DNA of 59,173 nucleotides from an uncultured Lentimicrobiaceae bacterium (GTDB taxonomy: Bacteria > Bacteroidota > Bacteroidia > Bacteroidales > WCHB1-69). The number at the start of each line of letters is the position of its first letter. The stretch's first letter is position 1. The notes beneath the pieces are model-generated. The model did no database searches and was not told where the DNA came from. It was given only the letters and a program-made list of their open reading frames with translations. Both the position numbers and the translations under genes were made by a program. The stretch covers positions 1 through 59,173 of the forward strand of contig CAZFPO010000008.1 of the NCBI GenBank assembly GCA_964521105.1. Direction: 5' to 3'. Of the stretch, positions 1-9,308 are shown piece after piece.

Positions 1-154
1 TTTTTTTTATTTTGTATAATTTTCATTTTTTTTATTTTAGTAATTGTTATTATTAATTTAAAGCTCATTTATCGAATAATACAAAATATTATCATCAGCT
101 ATACGCACTAAATAATCTTTCAATAAAAGACAATTCAATGATTTGGTTTTTTGT

Positions 155-162
155 TATCTTTG
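155..162 (+). promoter_or_regulatory. Bacteroidota housekeeping-sigma -7 promoter box (TATCTTTG)
   Basis: Exact TAnnTTTG match just upstream of a structured, terminator-ended segment. Confidence 0.6.
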
Positions 163-164
163 CA

Positions 165-245
165 GAGCATTTGGTTTTATTACTAAATGTGTCAATCCGA
201 AAGAGACCGGTTAATGGTTCTGCAAAACCATTGCCGGTTTTTTAT
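165..245 (+). ncRNA. Candidate small RNA or terminated leader, family unknown
   Basis: Promoter box at 155-162; hairpin CATTTGG/CTAAATG (168-189); GC-rich hairpin ACCGG..CCGGT (206-238) followed by a T-run; no downstream + strand gene for ~2 kb. Confidence 0.4.
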
Positions 246-475
246 TTTAATAATAATAAAAATATTTTACTAAAACACATTGCAATAATATGATTTTTTT
301 TCCATATACACACAAGCAATGTGTTAAACAATGTTAATTTCAATATTCTTTAACCATATAATATGTGGTGAATATTTTAAAATTCGATACTTTTTCAACT
401 GTCTGTCTACCATTGCAATAACGAAGTATTAGTATAAACATTTTTTCATTCAAAATACAAATCTATAACATATCA

Positions 476-505
476 TTGCCTGTTGGTGTTAACACCAATA
501 GGCAA
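476..505. repeat. 30-bp near-perfect palindrome TTGCCTGTTGGTGTT/AACACCAATAGGCAA
   Basis: Read directly; one mismatch (G-T pairable); no U-tract on either strand. Confidence 0.8.
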
Positions 506-676
506 GTCAATTCTAAAGATTATTTATATTGATAACTTTTTGTCATAAATATGCTTGTTTCAATTTCCTCAATAAGTTCAGAATTAAAATTACAACATAT
601 TCATTCTGTCCTCAATTTCAAAATAAACGTTATAAATAATTTTCCGTTTTCAAACTACTATTATAATAAAAAATAC

Positions 677-1579
677 TTATTGCGGAATTACATTCTTTTT
701 CACCCTTCTACTAACAATGTAAACACCAGTAAAAATTAAACTTGCAGCCAAAATCTTTACCAAATTCAAACTTCCCATTCCAAGCCATATTGCTACAATA
801 CTTGCAATAAAAGGCTGTGAGTAAATGTAAACTCCGACTACTGATGGCGATAGTTGTTTCATGGATGTAATGATTAAAAGATAGGCTAAAAATGTTGTTC
901 CAATAATTATATATGCCATTGAAAACCATACATGCGAAGGATAATTGATGTAGTGAACTGGATTGGTGGTGAACAATAAAATCGGCAAAACCAAAACCGC
1001 TCCCGACAGAAAAAACCATTTCATCAAGGTGTGTGCTTGATATTTCATAACCAATGGTTTTGAAAGGACTATATAAAAAGCGTACGATGCGGCATTTATC
1101 AAAATTAATCCACTTCCAGCCAAACTACTCTCTTTTGTTGACGATGTTGCACTTTCGACCACGATAACCAATGCTCCAAGTCCAGCCAGAAAAATTCCGC
1201 TCATTTTAGATATTGACATTGATTCTTTTGTGATAAAATAAGCCAGCAAAAGAACAATAACTGGATTTGAAATTTGAATGATTGAGGCATCAATGGGTGA
1301 GGTTAAATTTAAACCTTCAAAAAACATTAATTGATTAACAAAAACACCAAAAAAACCGCACATAAAAATCTTGAAGTAATCTTTTTTGTCAATTTTTTCG
1401 GATTTAAAGAATACGGAATACAACCAAAAAAGCAATAAAGCACCAAAAATTCGATACAACACGATGTCGTGAGGTTTAAAATAATCAGGCATAATTCCTT
1501 TCGAAATCACATAATTTAATCCAAAAATCAAGTTTCCAGCAATAAGGGCAATGTGAGCAAATACTAGTTTGTTTTTCAT
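677..1579 (-). CDS. DMT/EamA family transporter
   Basis: 300 aa, ~10 hydrophobic helices, duplicated EamA pattern (GLNLTSPIDASII; KQLSPSVVGVYIYSQP). Confidence 0.9.
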   Translation of the reverse strand: MKNKLVFAHIALIAGNLIFGLNYVISKGIMPDYFKPHDIVLYRIFGALLLFWLYSVFFKSEKIDKKDYFKIFMCGFFGVFVNQLMFFEGLNLTSPIDASIIQISNPVIVLLLAYFITKESMSISKMSGIFLAGLGALVIVVESATSSTKESSLAGSGLILINAASYAFYIVLSKPLVMKYQAHTLMKWFFLSGAVLVLPILLFTTNPVHYINYPSHVWFSMAYIIIGTTFLAYLLIITSMKQLSPSVVGVYIYSQPFIASIVAIWLGMGSLNLVKILAASLIFTGVYIVSRRVKKNVIPQ

Positions 1580-2103
1580 GGTACTTTTTGATGCCTTCCT
1601 GCTTTATAAAAGGCTTTTACATAATACGGCTCATCTAAATTTGTAAGAATTACCCCCTTGGATGTGGATGAGTGGACAAAGAGATTGTCTTTTAAATATA
1701 GCCCAACATGCGATACCGTTTTGTTTTTACTTGTGATAAAAAAAAGAACATCACCTTCTTTAAGCTCTTTTTTATCAACAAAATAGACATTTTTCATAAT
1801 GTCGGATGCTGAACGATAAAGATCGATACCATAAACTTCTTTGTAAATACTCATGACTAAACCCGAACAATCGACACCTTTTTTATCGACACCACCAAAT
1901 TTGTATGGTGTTCCAAGCCATTCATTTACAACTTTGTAGAGTTTTTTATTATCGTTTCCATTTGCGGAAATTTTTGTTACTGGCTTTGGTTTTTTAATCT
2001 GCGTTTTTGGTTTTTTTTTGATTGGTTTTTTATGTGATTTACACGAGTCAAGGCTAATAAACCCAACTAATAAAATCATTGATAAAATCAAAAATCGTTT
2101 CAT
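1576..2103 (-). CDS. NlpC/P60 (C40) peptidoglycan endopeptidase, probable lipoprotein
   Basis: WLGTPYKFGG, DCSGLV, SHVGLY and FVHSS motifs; lipobox-like SLDSC; Lys-rich linker. Confidence 0.92.
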   Translation of the reverse strand: MKRFLILSMILLVGFISLDSCKSHKKPIKKKPKTQIKKPKPVTKISANGNDNKKLYKVVNEWLGTPYKFGGVDKKGVDCSGLVMSIYKEVYGIDLYRSASDIMKNVYFVDKKELKEGDVLFFITSKNKTVSHVGLYLKDNLFVHSSTSKGVILTNLDEPYYVKAFYKAGRHQKVP

Positions 2104-2119
2104 AAAACCAATTTTATTA

Positions 2120-2127
2120 CAAACCTA
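2120..2127 (-). promoter_or_regulatory. -7 promoter box (TAGGTTTG) for NlpC/P60-EamA
   Basis: TAnnTTTG on the minus strand 17 bp upstream of the ATG. Confidence 0.55.
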
Positions 2128-2240
2128 CAATTTTTATTAAAACATCTTATCGTTTCTTATAGAATTTATGAACTGACAATTCAGGATATTAAATTATTAT
2201 AAAATATTATTTTATTAATTGTGTGTGTTTTTAAATGACT

Positions 2241-2248
2241 TACTTTTG
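2241..2248 (+). promoter_or_regulatory. -7 promoter box (TACTTTTG)
   Basis: TAnnTTTG lies inside the ORF-track N-terminal extension, supporting a start at 2267. Confidence 0.55.
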
Positions 2249-2266
2249 AATTCAAGTATCATTGTT

Positions 2267-3319
2267 ATGCAAAGTAACTTTAATAAAATTCAGTCATTTT
2301 TTAGTACAAAACGGATTATTATTCCTATTGTACTTGGTTTTATTGTTGCGGTTTATCTATTATTTAAAGATTTTAAACCCGAATCGTTGCACTTAATTAG
2401 TTTAAACTGGCAATTTTTTGGTTTTTTAGGATTGGCTCTTTTTTTTGTTTTTCTTCGCGATTTTGCTTATATCATTCGTTTGCGTTTTTTAACCGATAAA
2501 AAAATCAGTTGGAAAGGTGCTTTTCAGGTTGTAATGCTTTGGGAATTTGCATCTTCGCTCACACCCTCGGTAGTTGGAGGCTCTGCCATTGCTATGTTTA
2601 TTATTAATCAAGAACGTGTCTCTTTAGGACGTTCTACCGCCATAGTAATGATTACAGCCATTTTTGATGAACTGTTTTATATCGTAACAGTGCCTGTAGT
2701 TTTTATTTTGGTTGGATTTAATTCAATTTTCGTAAATGGTTCATTTTCATTAATGGGTAGTGAATTATCCACTGGGTCGATGTTTTTAATTGGATATTTA
2801 TTTATTTTAGGACTTGTTTTATTATTGGTTTACGGTGTATTTATTAATCCTTATCAAACTCGCTACATTATTGTTTCCATATTCCGTATCCGTTTTTTAA
2901 GAAGATGGAAGTTTAAAGCCATACGAACGGGTAATGAAATAATCATTGCATCAAAAGAATTTAAAGGAAAGTCGTTTTTGTATTGGCTAAAATTATTTGG
3001 AATTACCACCGCATCATGGACTTCTCGTTTTTTGGTTGTAAATTGTTTAATTGCAGCCGTAGCATTTGGTGGTGATCAATTATTAATTTATGCACGACAA
3101 CTCGTAATGTGGGTAATTTTACTAATTAGTCCAACACCTGGTGGTACCGGCATTGCCGAATTCTTTTTCCCAGTTTTTTTAAAGGAATTTATCCCAGACG
3201 GTTTGGCTTCTGTATTAGCTTTATTATGGCGTTTTTTAACCTATTACCCATACATTTTAATAGGAGTAATTGTGTTGCCATTATGGATGAAACGAATCAT
3301 TAAAAAAAATAAATCATAA
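2267..3319 (+). CDS. Lysylphosphatidylglycerol synthase TM-domain / UPF0104 flippase-like membrane protein
   Basis: Polytopic; LTPSVVGGS, PTPGGTGIAE and LLWRFLTYY motifs; start moved from 2219 to ATG 2267. Confidence 0.85.
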   Translation: MQSNFNKIQSFFSTKRIIIPIVLGFIVAVYLLFKDFKPESLHLISLNWQFFGFLGLALFFVFLRDFAYIIRLRFLTDKKISWKGAFQVVMLWEFASSLTPSVVGGSAIAMFIINQERVSLGRSTAIVMITAIFDELFYIVTVPVVFILVGFNSIFVNGSFSLMGSELSTGSMFLIGYLFILGLVLLLVYGVFINPYQTRYIIVSIFRIRFLRRWKFKAIRTGNEIIIASKEFKGKSFLYWLKLFGITTASWTSRFLVVNCLIAAVAFGGDQLLIYARQLVMWVILLISPTPGGTGIAEFFFPVFLKEFIPDGLASVLALLWRFLTYYPYILIGVIVLPLWMKRIIKKNKS

Positions 3320-3329
3320 TTTTTTACAC

Positions 3330-3743
3330 CTAATATCCTTTTTTAAAATTCCAAATCCAATTTGCAATCACAATTATACCTATTAAAATTAAGTAAAGAG
3401 GGTGAACTTTATGTCGAATAATTCTGTCAAAAGTTGGTTTTTTTGTAATAATTAAATTGTAGCTCATCCAAATAATAGCAGTAATTGCCATAATGTTTAC
3501 CACTATTGCCAATGGATTCCACATTAAACTTTGAAAAAAATCGCCTTTAAAAAGCGAAATTGTGCTTCGTGTCATTCCACAACCCGGGCAAGGATATCCT
3601 GTTAAATTTTTAAAAACACAAACACTATGTTCTTGATGTGGGTCGAGTAAAGTTGAAAGGTATACCAAAAAGTACCCTCCAAAAATTGCCGAAATTGTTA
3701 ATCGGTAACGGTTTTGCCAGGTTGAAAATAATTTAGAAAGCAA
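3330..3743 (-). CDS. DUF2752 membrane protein
   Basis: CVFKNLTGYPCPGCGMTRS ... WNPLA signature. Confidence 0.88.
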   Translation of the reverse strand: MLSKLFSTWQNRYRLTISAIFGGYFLVYLSTLLDPHQEHSVCVFKNLTGYPCPGCGMTRSTISLFKGDFFQSLMWNPLAIVVNIMAITAIIWMSYNLIITKKPTFDRIIRHKVHPLYLILIGIIVIANWIWNFKKGY

Positions 3744-4086
3744 ATTGGGTTAATTTATTATAGTTGTATTGTCGTGCTCTATCCATGGCGGTAAACCAAT
3801 CAATGATAACCCATATAATTCCAACGCCACAAAATACGGTTAATAACAATTTTCCCACTCCCGAGCCTGTATCACCTAACATAAAGCGGTCGAGCCCGAT
3901 ACCGCCTGCTAATAACGAAATTAACAGCATTGTTTGGGGGTCTTTAAATTCGATAGTTTGAAGAAACATAAATTTATTTTCATCCATATTTTGGAGTCGA
4001 TTTCGTATCTCCATAAAACGTTCGGTAGGAAATTTTGACGCATTCATGGCTAAAAACATCTCAATTTTTTGATTTTCCATTGTCAA
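3733..4086 (-). CDS. TM2 domain protein (copy 2)
   Basis: [21 protein letters not shown] ... WVIIDWF TM2 signature. Confidence 0.9.
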   Translation of the reverse strand: MTMENQKIEMFLAMNASKFPTERFMEIRNRLQNMDENKFMFLQTIEFKDPQTMLLISLLAGGIGLDRFMLGDTGSGVGKLLLTVFCGVGIIWVIIDWFTAMDRARQYNYNKLTQFAF

Positions 4087-4118
4087 AGTTTAAATTAATA
4101 GGTTAACATTTCGTTTTT

Positions 4119-4126
4119 CAAAGTTA
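4119..4126 (-). promoter_or_regulatory. -7 promoter box (TAACTTTG) for TM2 copy 2 and DUF2752
   Basis: TAnnTTTG directly downstream of the terminator at 4126-4168. Confidence 0.55.
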
Positions 4127-4168
4127 AAAAATAAACGCTTGAAATATTTTATCAAGCGTTTATTTTTT
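4126..4168 (-). terminator. Intrinsic terminator after TM2 copy 1
   Basis: AAAAAATAAACGCTTGA-9 nt-TCAAGCGTTTATTTTTT inverted repeat with A/T runs on both sides. Confidence 0.75.
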
Positions 4169-4183
4169 CTAAGCTATTAAATC

Positions 4184-4522
4184 TTAGTAAGCAAATTGCA
4201 TAAATTTTGAATAATTTAATTGACGGGTTCTGTCTTGAACAGTAAACCAATCAACAATTGCCCAAATTCCACAACCGCCAGCAGTTAATAATTTTGCAAC
4301 ACCTAAACCAGTATCACCTAACATAAAACGGTCAACTCCGTATGCTCCTAATAATATCGAAATTATTAAAAGGGTTGTTGGGTCTTTGTAAGGGATTGAT
4401 TGAACCATCATGAACTTATTATCATCCATTTGTTCTAATTTTTGACGGATTTCCATCATACGTTCTGCTGGAAATTTTTGTCCAGTAGTTGCGATAAACA
4501 TTTCAATTTTGTTGCTGTCCAT
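4184..4522 (-). CDS. TM2 domain protein (copy 1)
   Basis: [22 protein letters not shown] ... WAIVDWF; clear paralogue of 3733-4086. Confidence 0.9.
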   Translation of the reverse strand: MDSNKIEMFIATTGQKFPAERMMEIRQKLEQMDDNKFMMVQSIPYKDPTTLLIISILLGAYGVDRFMLGDTGLGVAKLLTAGGCGIWAIVDWFTVQDRTRQLNYSKFMQFAY

Positions 4523-4663
4523 ATTGTTATATTTGATTTAACAGTGCAATTTACTAAAAAAAGTTAAATGATAATCAGACCCATTAAAAAAAGTTAAAAT
4601 TATTTTGTTAATAAAACCCATTGCTTTATGAATCAACTACTTTTAACTAAAAAATTATTGAAT

Positions 4664-5338
4664 TTATCCTTCATTTCCTTCCACAATAATCACAATTTCG
4701 CCTTTAATGTTTTGGTTTTTATAAATTTCAAAAACCTCCTCTAAAGAACCTCGAACAAAAGACTCATACATTTTTGAAATTTCTCGAGCTACACAAACAT
4801 TTCGAGTATTTCCAAAAAATGGCATCATTTGTTCCAGTGTTTTTACCAAACGATGTGGCGATTCGTACAAAATAACTGTATTTTGCAATTCTGAAAGCAT
4901 TTTTAAGGCGGTCATTCGACCTTTTTTGTGTGGTAAAAAACCATAAAATAAAAAACGGTCGCAGGGAATTCCCGAAGTAACTAAAGCGGGAATAAAGGCA
5001 GTAGGTCCGGGTAAACATTCCACTTCGATACCATTTTTTAAACATTCGCGAATGATTAAAAAACCAGGGTCAGAAATTCCTGGAGTTCCAGCATCAGAAA
5101 TTAAACACACTGAATTATGAAATAAAACCTTATCCACAAATCGCTGTAAGCTCTTGTGCTCATTATTCATGTGATAGGCTAATGTTGGTTTGTCGATTTG
5201 AAAATGACGAAGTAAGTTTGAGCTGGTACGAGTATCTTCACAAAGTATCAAATCGCACTCTTTCAATGTTCTTAAAGCTCTAAGAGTGATATCTTCTAAG
5301 TTTCCAATTGGTGTAGGAATAACAAATAGTTTTGCCAT
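4664..5338 (-). CDS. rsmI: 16S rRNA (cytidine1402-2'-O)-methyltransferase
   Basis: PTPIGNLEDIT, CEDTRT, SDAGTPGISDPG, YESPHRL and GEIVII motifs. Confidence 0.97.
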   Translation of the reverse strand: MAKLFVIPTPIGNLEDITLRALRTLKECDLILCEDTRTSSNLLRHFQIDKPTLAYHMNNEHKSLQRFVDKVLFHNSVCLISDAGTPGISDPGFLIIRECLKNGIEVECLPGPTAFIPALVTSGIPCDRFLFYGFLPHKKGRMTALKMLSELQNTVILYESPHRLVKTLEQMMPFFGNTRNVCVAREISKMYESFVRGSLEEVFEIYKNQNIKGEIVIIVEGNEG

Positions 5339-5340
5339 AC

Positions 5341-6669
5341 TTAACGATATATTTCGACAAATTTTGTAACTAACTCAATCAATTTTGGATATTTAGCCAA
5401 ATTTATATTGGTTGAAACATCTTCGGGGTGATGATAGGGTCCAGTTTTCCCCATGGTGTAAAAAAACAAGGCAGGAATACCATTTTTATGAAAATAATAA
5501 TGATCGCTATTAGCAGCTTCGCCTCTTTTGACTAATTTAGGGTATAATGAATTTTTAGTATTAATGGAATCAAACATAGAAAATTCTTTTTCATTTGCAG
5601 TGCCATTAACTGCGGTTATGCCATTTTCGCCAGCTCCAACCATATCCAAATTTAGCACACATTTGATTTTTTTTAACGGAAACAGTGGATTAGATGTGTA
5701 ATATTCAGAACCTAATAAACCTGCCTCTTCGCCAGTAAATAGCATGAAAGCAATGGAATAATAGGGTTGGTTTTCGGGTTTACTATAATAACGAGCCAAA
5801 TCTAAAACAGCTGCTACACCGCTTGCATTGTCGTTAGCTCCTGGGAAAAAAATTTCACTGCCCATCATTCCCAAGTGGTCGTAATGAGCTGTAAAAACAA
5901 TAAAAGAGTCAGGTTGAGCTTTTCCCTTTACATATCCTACAACATTTTGTGTTTTATAACGCGGATAAAATTTGTTTTCAATATTTATTTTTACCTTTTT
6001 GGGTTTAAGCTCGGGTTTATCAATGTGAACATTAATAACCGGAGTTGCCATTGTTTTTTTTCCCGAAGATATTCCCCAAGCATTTAATTTATTATCGAAA
6101 ATGACAATACCCTTTGCTCCATAAATATTTTGAACAGCTAATTGTTGCTGATTTTGAAATGATTTTTTCTTTCGTTTTTTTTCGCTTGCTTGCGAAAAAT
6201 CAAAATAAATGATAGCATTCGAAAAATTATTTTTGGAGTTTATTTTTTTTAGTTTTCGAACATTAGTTAAATACGAGTATGGTATTTTAACAAGCTCAAA
6301 TTCGCCATTTAATCCACTAGACGCTGCAAAAATTCGCATTTCGTAAAATGGTTTTATCGTAACTGAATCGTTAATAATTAATTCCATTTTGCCCGTAAAG
6401 GTATTAACTGGAAAACTAAACGATTGAAAATAATCGGATTGAAATTTTAATAAACCCCATTTTTCAAATTGCGATTTAATATAAGTTGCTGCTTTTTCAT
6501 CGCCTTTGTTCACATAACCCCTACCACTCATGTACGAAGACGAAAGGGTATCAATAATGCTTCTAACATAAATTGTATCCTGAGAAAAAAGTGATGCAGA
6601 TAATTGCTGAATTACAAGAATCGAAACAAAAATTTTAAGATAAAAATTCTTCATTATTCTATAAATCAA
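5341..6669 (-). CDS. M28 family metallopeptidase with PA-like insert, secreted
   Basis: AHYDHLG, GANDNASG, GEEAGLLGS, NLDMVG, SDH and YHHPED metal-ligand motifs; signal peptide ending FSQ. Confidence 0.92.
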   Translation of the reverse strand: MIYRIMKNFYLKIFVSILVIQQLSASLFSQDTIYVRSIIDTLSSSYMSGRGYVNKGDEKAATYIKSQFEKWGLLKFQSDYFQSFSFPVNTFTGKMELIINDSVTIKPFYEMRIFAASSGLNGEFELVKIPYSYLTNVRKLKKINSKNNFSNAIIYFDFSQASEKKRKKKSFQNQQQLAVQNIYGAKGIVIFDNKLNAWGISSGKKTMATPVINVHIDKPELKPKKVKINIENKFYPRYKTQNVVGYVKGKAQPDSFIVFTAHYDHLGMMGSEIFFPGANDNASGVAAVLDLARYYSKPENQPYYSIAFMLFTGEEAGLLGSEYYTSNPLFPLKKIKCVLNLDMVGAGENGITAVNGTANEKEFSMFDSINTKNSLYPKLVKRGEAANSDHYYFHKNGIPALFFYTMGKTGPYHHPEDVSTNINLAKYPKLIELVTKFVEIYR

Positions 6670-6671
6670 GG

Positions 6672-8465
6672 TTAATTTTGAATTTTCATTTTCTTAAATA
6701 ATTTTTCATCAGCTATTACCTTTAACGCTTGATTGTAAATTTCGTCAATCTCGTACCAAATTTGAATTCCTGAGGCAAAATCGAATAAATTGCGAGCAAA
6801 GTAGAAACGAAGTTGATAACTTATGTATTTATCTGTATCAAATCCTGCTTGTGCTTTATAATAATCTTCTTTTAGTTTATTAATATGATTCGAAAACATC
6901 AACCCAATATGAGTATTTAACGACTCTTGATTGACCGAAGAGATAGTTTTGTATAAATTATTAATTGAATCCTTATACAATTCTAAAAAGCTCTTCATTT
7001 CAACCGTAAAATCAAAATCTAAACTGTCATAAACACCTTCTTTTGCAGCATAAGCCTTAAAGTCGTCAATAGTTTTTTTATCAACAATAAATTGATTTTT
7101 AAACTGTGCAAAAGTTGGGTATTGGGTTTTCATTTCGGCTCGTTTATTATCTAATACCGACATAGTGTATTGATTAAACATTCCTGCACGAGCTAATTTT
7201 GAATAATAATAAGAAGTTTTATTTGTATCCATAGGAATAAAAATATCGGGCATAATTCCACCGCCTCCAAAAACCACTCTACCCCTAGGGGTAATATACT
7301 TTAAAGAATCAGGAAATTTAATACTATCTGCCGAAATCATTTCAGAATGTTTAAAACGGTTGGATAAATCTTTATAATATTCATCAACGCCTTCTTCATA
7401 AGGTTTTTGAATGCATCTTCCTGTGGGTGTGTGATAGCGAGAGGTTGTTAAACGAATCATTGAACCATCGTAAAGATTATACGGTTTTTGAACTAATCCT
7501 TTTCCAAACGAACGACGCCCCATAATAATTCCCCTATCCCAGTCTTGAATAGCCCCAGAAACAATTTCGCTAGCCGAAGCAGAACCTTCATCAATTAAAA
7601 TAATTAATCGTCCTTTTTCAAAATTACCTTTTTCTGTGGAATTATATGTTTGTTTAGGCGAATAAGCTCCTTCGGTGTAAACAATTAATTTATTTCTTTC
7701 CAAAAATTCATCGGACAATTGAATGGCTGTATTTAAATATCCCCCCGAGTTACCTCTTAAATCTAAAATTAAATGCTTCATGCCCTTTATTTTCAATTCG
7801 GAAATTGCGGTTTGGAATTCTTCCATTGTGGTTTGTGCAAAACGATCGAGTTTTATATATCCAACGTCATTATTTGCCATAAAATAGGCATCAATGCTGT
7901 TAATTGGAATTTTATCTCGAATAACCTTAAATTCAATTGGTGCTGGCTGACCTTTTCGCAACATAAGCATTTTCACTTCTGTTCCTTTGGGTCCTCGAAG
8001 CCTGTCAAAAACCCATTTATTATCCACTTGTTTACCCGTAGCAAATGCAGTATCTACTTTTAAAAATTTATCCCCAGCTAAAATACCAACTTTTTCGGAG
8101 GGACCACCATTAATAACAGCAACAACGACAATTGTATCTTTAATAATTTGAAATTGAATGCCTACTCCTTCAAAGTTACCTAATAGCGGTTCATTTGTTC
8201 TTTTCACGTCTTCTTTGGATATATAAGCAGTATGTGGGTCTAGTTCTTTAAGCATTTCTAAAATTGCTTTCTCGACATATTTATCAAGCATAACGGTATC
8301 CACATAAGCAAACTTTATTAACTGCAAAATGGTAGACATTTTTTCGTTATTAGCTCGATAATCTTCGGTTTGAGATTGAGCTTTTATTATATTTGAAAAA
8401 CTAAATAATAATGCTGTAAATAGAAAAATTAGACTGAGTTTTTTCATAATAATTGATTGTTTCAT
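6672..8465 (-). CDS. S41A C-terminal processing protease (CtpA/Prc-like, PDZ domain)
   Basis: LDPHTAY, PDZ (GVGIQF..GGPSEKVG), DLRGNSGGY, SASASEIVSGA, SFGKGLVQ. Confidence 0.95.
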   Translation of the reverse strand: MKQSIIMKKLSLIFLFTALLFSFSNIIKAQSQTEDYRANNEKMSTILQLIKFAYVDTVMLDKYVEKAILEMLKELDPHTAYISKEDVKRTNEPLLGNFEGVGIQFQIIKDTIVVVAVINGGPSEKVGILAGDKFLKVDTAFATGKQVDNKWVFDRLRGPKGTEVKMLMLRKGQPAPIEFKVIRDKIPINSIDAYFMANNDVGYIKLDRFAQTTMEEFQTAISELKIKGMKHLILDLRGNSGGYLNTAIQLSDEFLERNKLIVYTEGAYSPKQTYNSTEKGNFEKGRLIILIDEGSASASEIVSGAIQDWDRGIIMGRRSFGKGLVQKPYNLYDGSMIRLTTSRYHTPTGRCIQKPYEEGVDEYYKDLSNRFKHSEMISADSIKFPDSLKYITPRGRVVFGGGGIMPDIFIPMDTNKTSYYYSKLARAGMFNQYTMSVLDNKRAEMKTQYPTFAQFKNQFIVDKKTIDDFKAYAAKEGVYDSLDFDFTVEMKSFLELYKDSINNLYKTISSVNQESLNTHIGLMFSNHINKLKEDYYKAQAGFDTDKYISYQLRFYFARNLFDFASGIQIWYEIDEIYNQALKVIADEKLFKKMKIQN

Positions 8466-8477
8466 GTATTAGATTAG

Positions 8478-8485
8478 CAAAAGTA
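8478..8485 (-). promoter_or_regulatory. -7 promoter box (TACTTTTG) for S41-M28-rsmI
   Basis: TAnnTTTG 12 bp upstream of the first ATG. Confidence 0.55.
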
Positions 8486-8708
8486 CAATATTCCTTTTAT
8501 ATGGACAAAAGAAATAGATAAACGCCAAATTTATTACTATTATTTTATAAAGAATTATAATTAAATTCAAAAAAAGTTAAAGAATTAAAACGTTAATTAA
8601 ATCTTTACCTCCCTGTTTTTCAGAACAATAACCACATCAAATATTCTAACTTAAAAACATTGAAACACAAAAGGCATATTATATACAGATTTTTGGAGTG
8701 CTTACTAA

Positions 8709-9308
8709 TTAGCCTATTTGTGATATTGGGACATAAATGGCTTCACTTAAAGACATCATTGCATTTATTAAAAAAACACCTTCAAATTCTCGCACATCTT
8801 TTAATTGAATAGATTTGGTTTTGATAATTTTTGATTTCAATAAAAATTCGCGTTGAACCCCACAGAGCAGCGGAGTATTAGGAGTGTAAAGAGTTGATTT
8901 TTCCTTAAAAACTAAGTTTGCAAAAAGGGAGTCGGTAACCATACCTTTTTGAATAAAAATTGGTAATGTGTCATTATTAAAATTTTTGCATAGTTCATTT
9001 AATATGCTTCTTTCTGAAAATTTATAATTATACAAAAAATCATCGGGCAACTCAACAAAAAGTAATCTGTTTATTTTTCTTCTTTCGTATGGTAAATATT
9101 GAATGGAAGAGATTTCCTTAGAATATTCCACACGTAATTTATATCGTTTATTATCGGGGGGTGGGTTATTATTAATTACCGAATCAAGACTAATTGCGTT
9201 TACTCTTTTAAAAAAATGTGCAAATGTTCTTTCCAATCGTGCTTGATGAAAATCCATCAATTCGGCTTTACCTTTAATAACTCTTATGCTTTCAATAAAG
9301 TGGTACAT
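8709..9308 (-). CDS. pabC: Aminotransferase class IV / 4-amino-4-deoxychorismate lyase-like
   Basis: FIESIR, HQARL, YNYKF, VTDSLFANL, LLCGVQRE and LINAM; overlaps pabB. Confidence 0.75.
   Translation of the reverse strand: MYHFIESIRVIKGKAELMDFHQARLERTFAHFFKRVNAISLDSVINNNPPPDNKRYKLRVEYSKEISSIQYLPYERRKINRLLFVELPDDFLYNYKFSERSILNELCKNFNNDTLPIFIQKGMVTDSLFANLVFKEKSTLYTPNTPLLCGVQREFLLKSKIIKTKSIQLKDVREFEGVFLINAMMSLSEAIYVPISQIG

Noticed and set aside
551-739. 62-aa + strand ORF, and short ORFs over the candidate sRNA (138-272, 187-249)
   Set aside because: Low-complexity AT-rich translations with no motifs; they overlap the EamA end or promoter/terminator elements
2219-2266. N-terminal extensions given by the ORF track (also 42361-42420 and 47345-47386)
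   Set aside because: They overlap a promoter box or upstream gene, or precede a better ATG with a signal peptide
5130-5138. Perfect DnaA box TTATCCACA
   Set aside because: Isolated, inside the rsmI coding sequence, no AT-rich unwinding region
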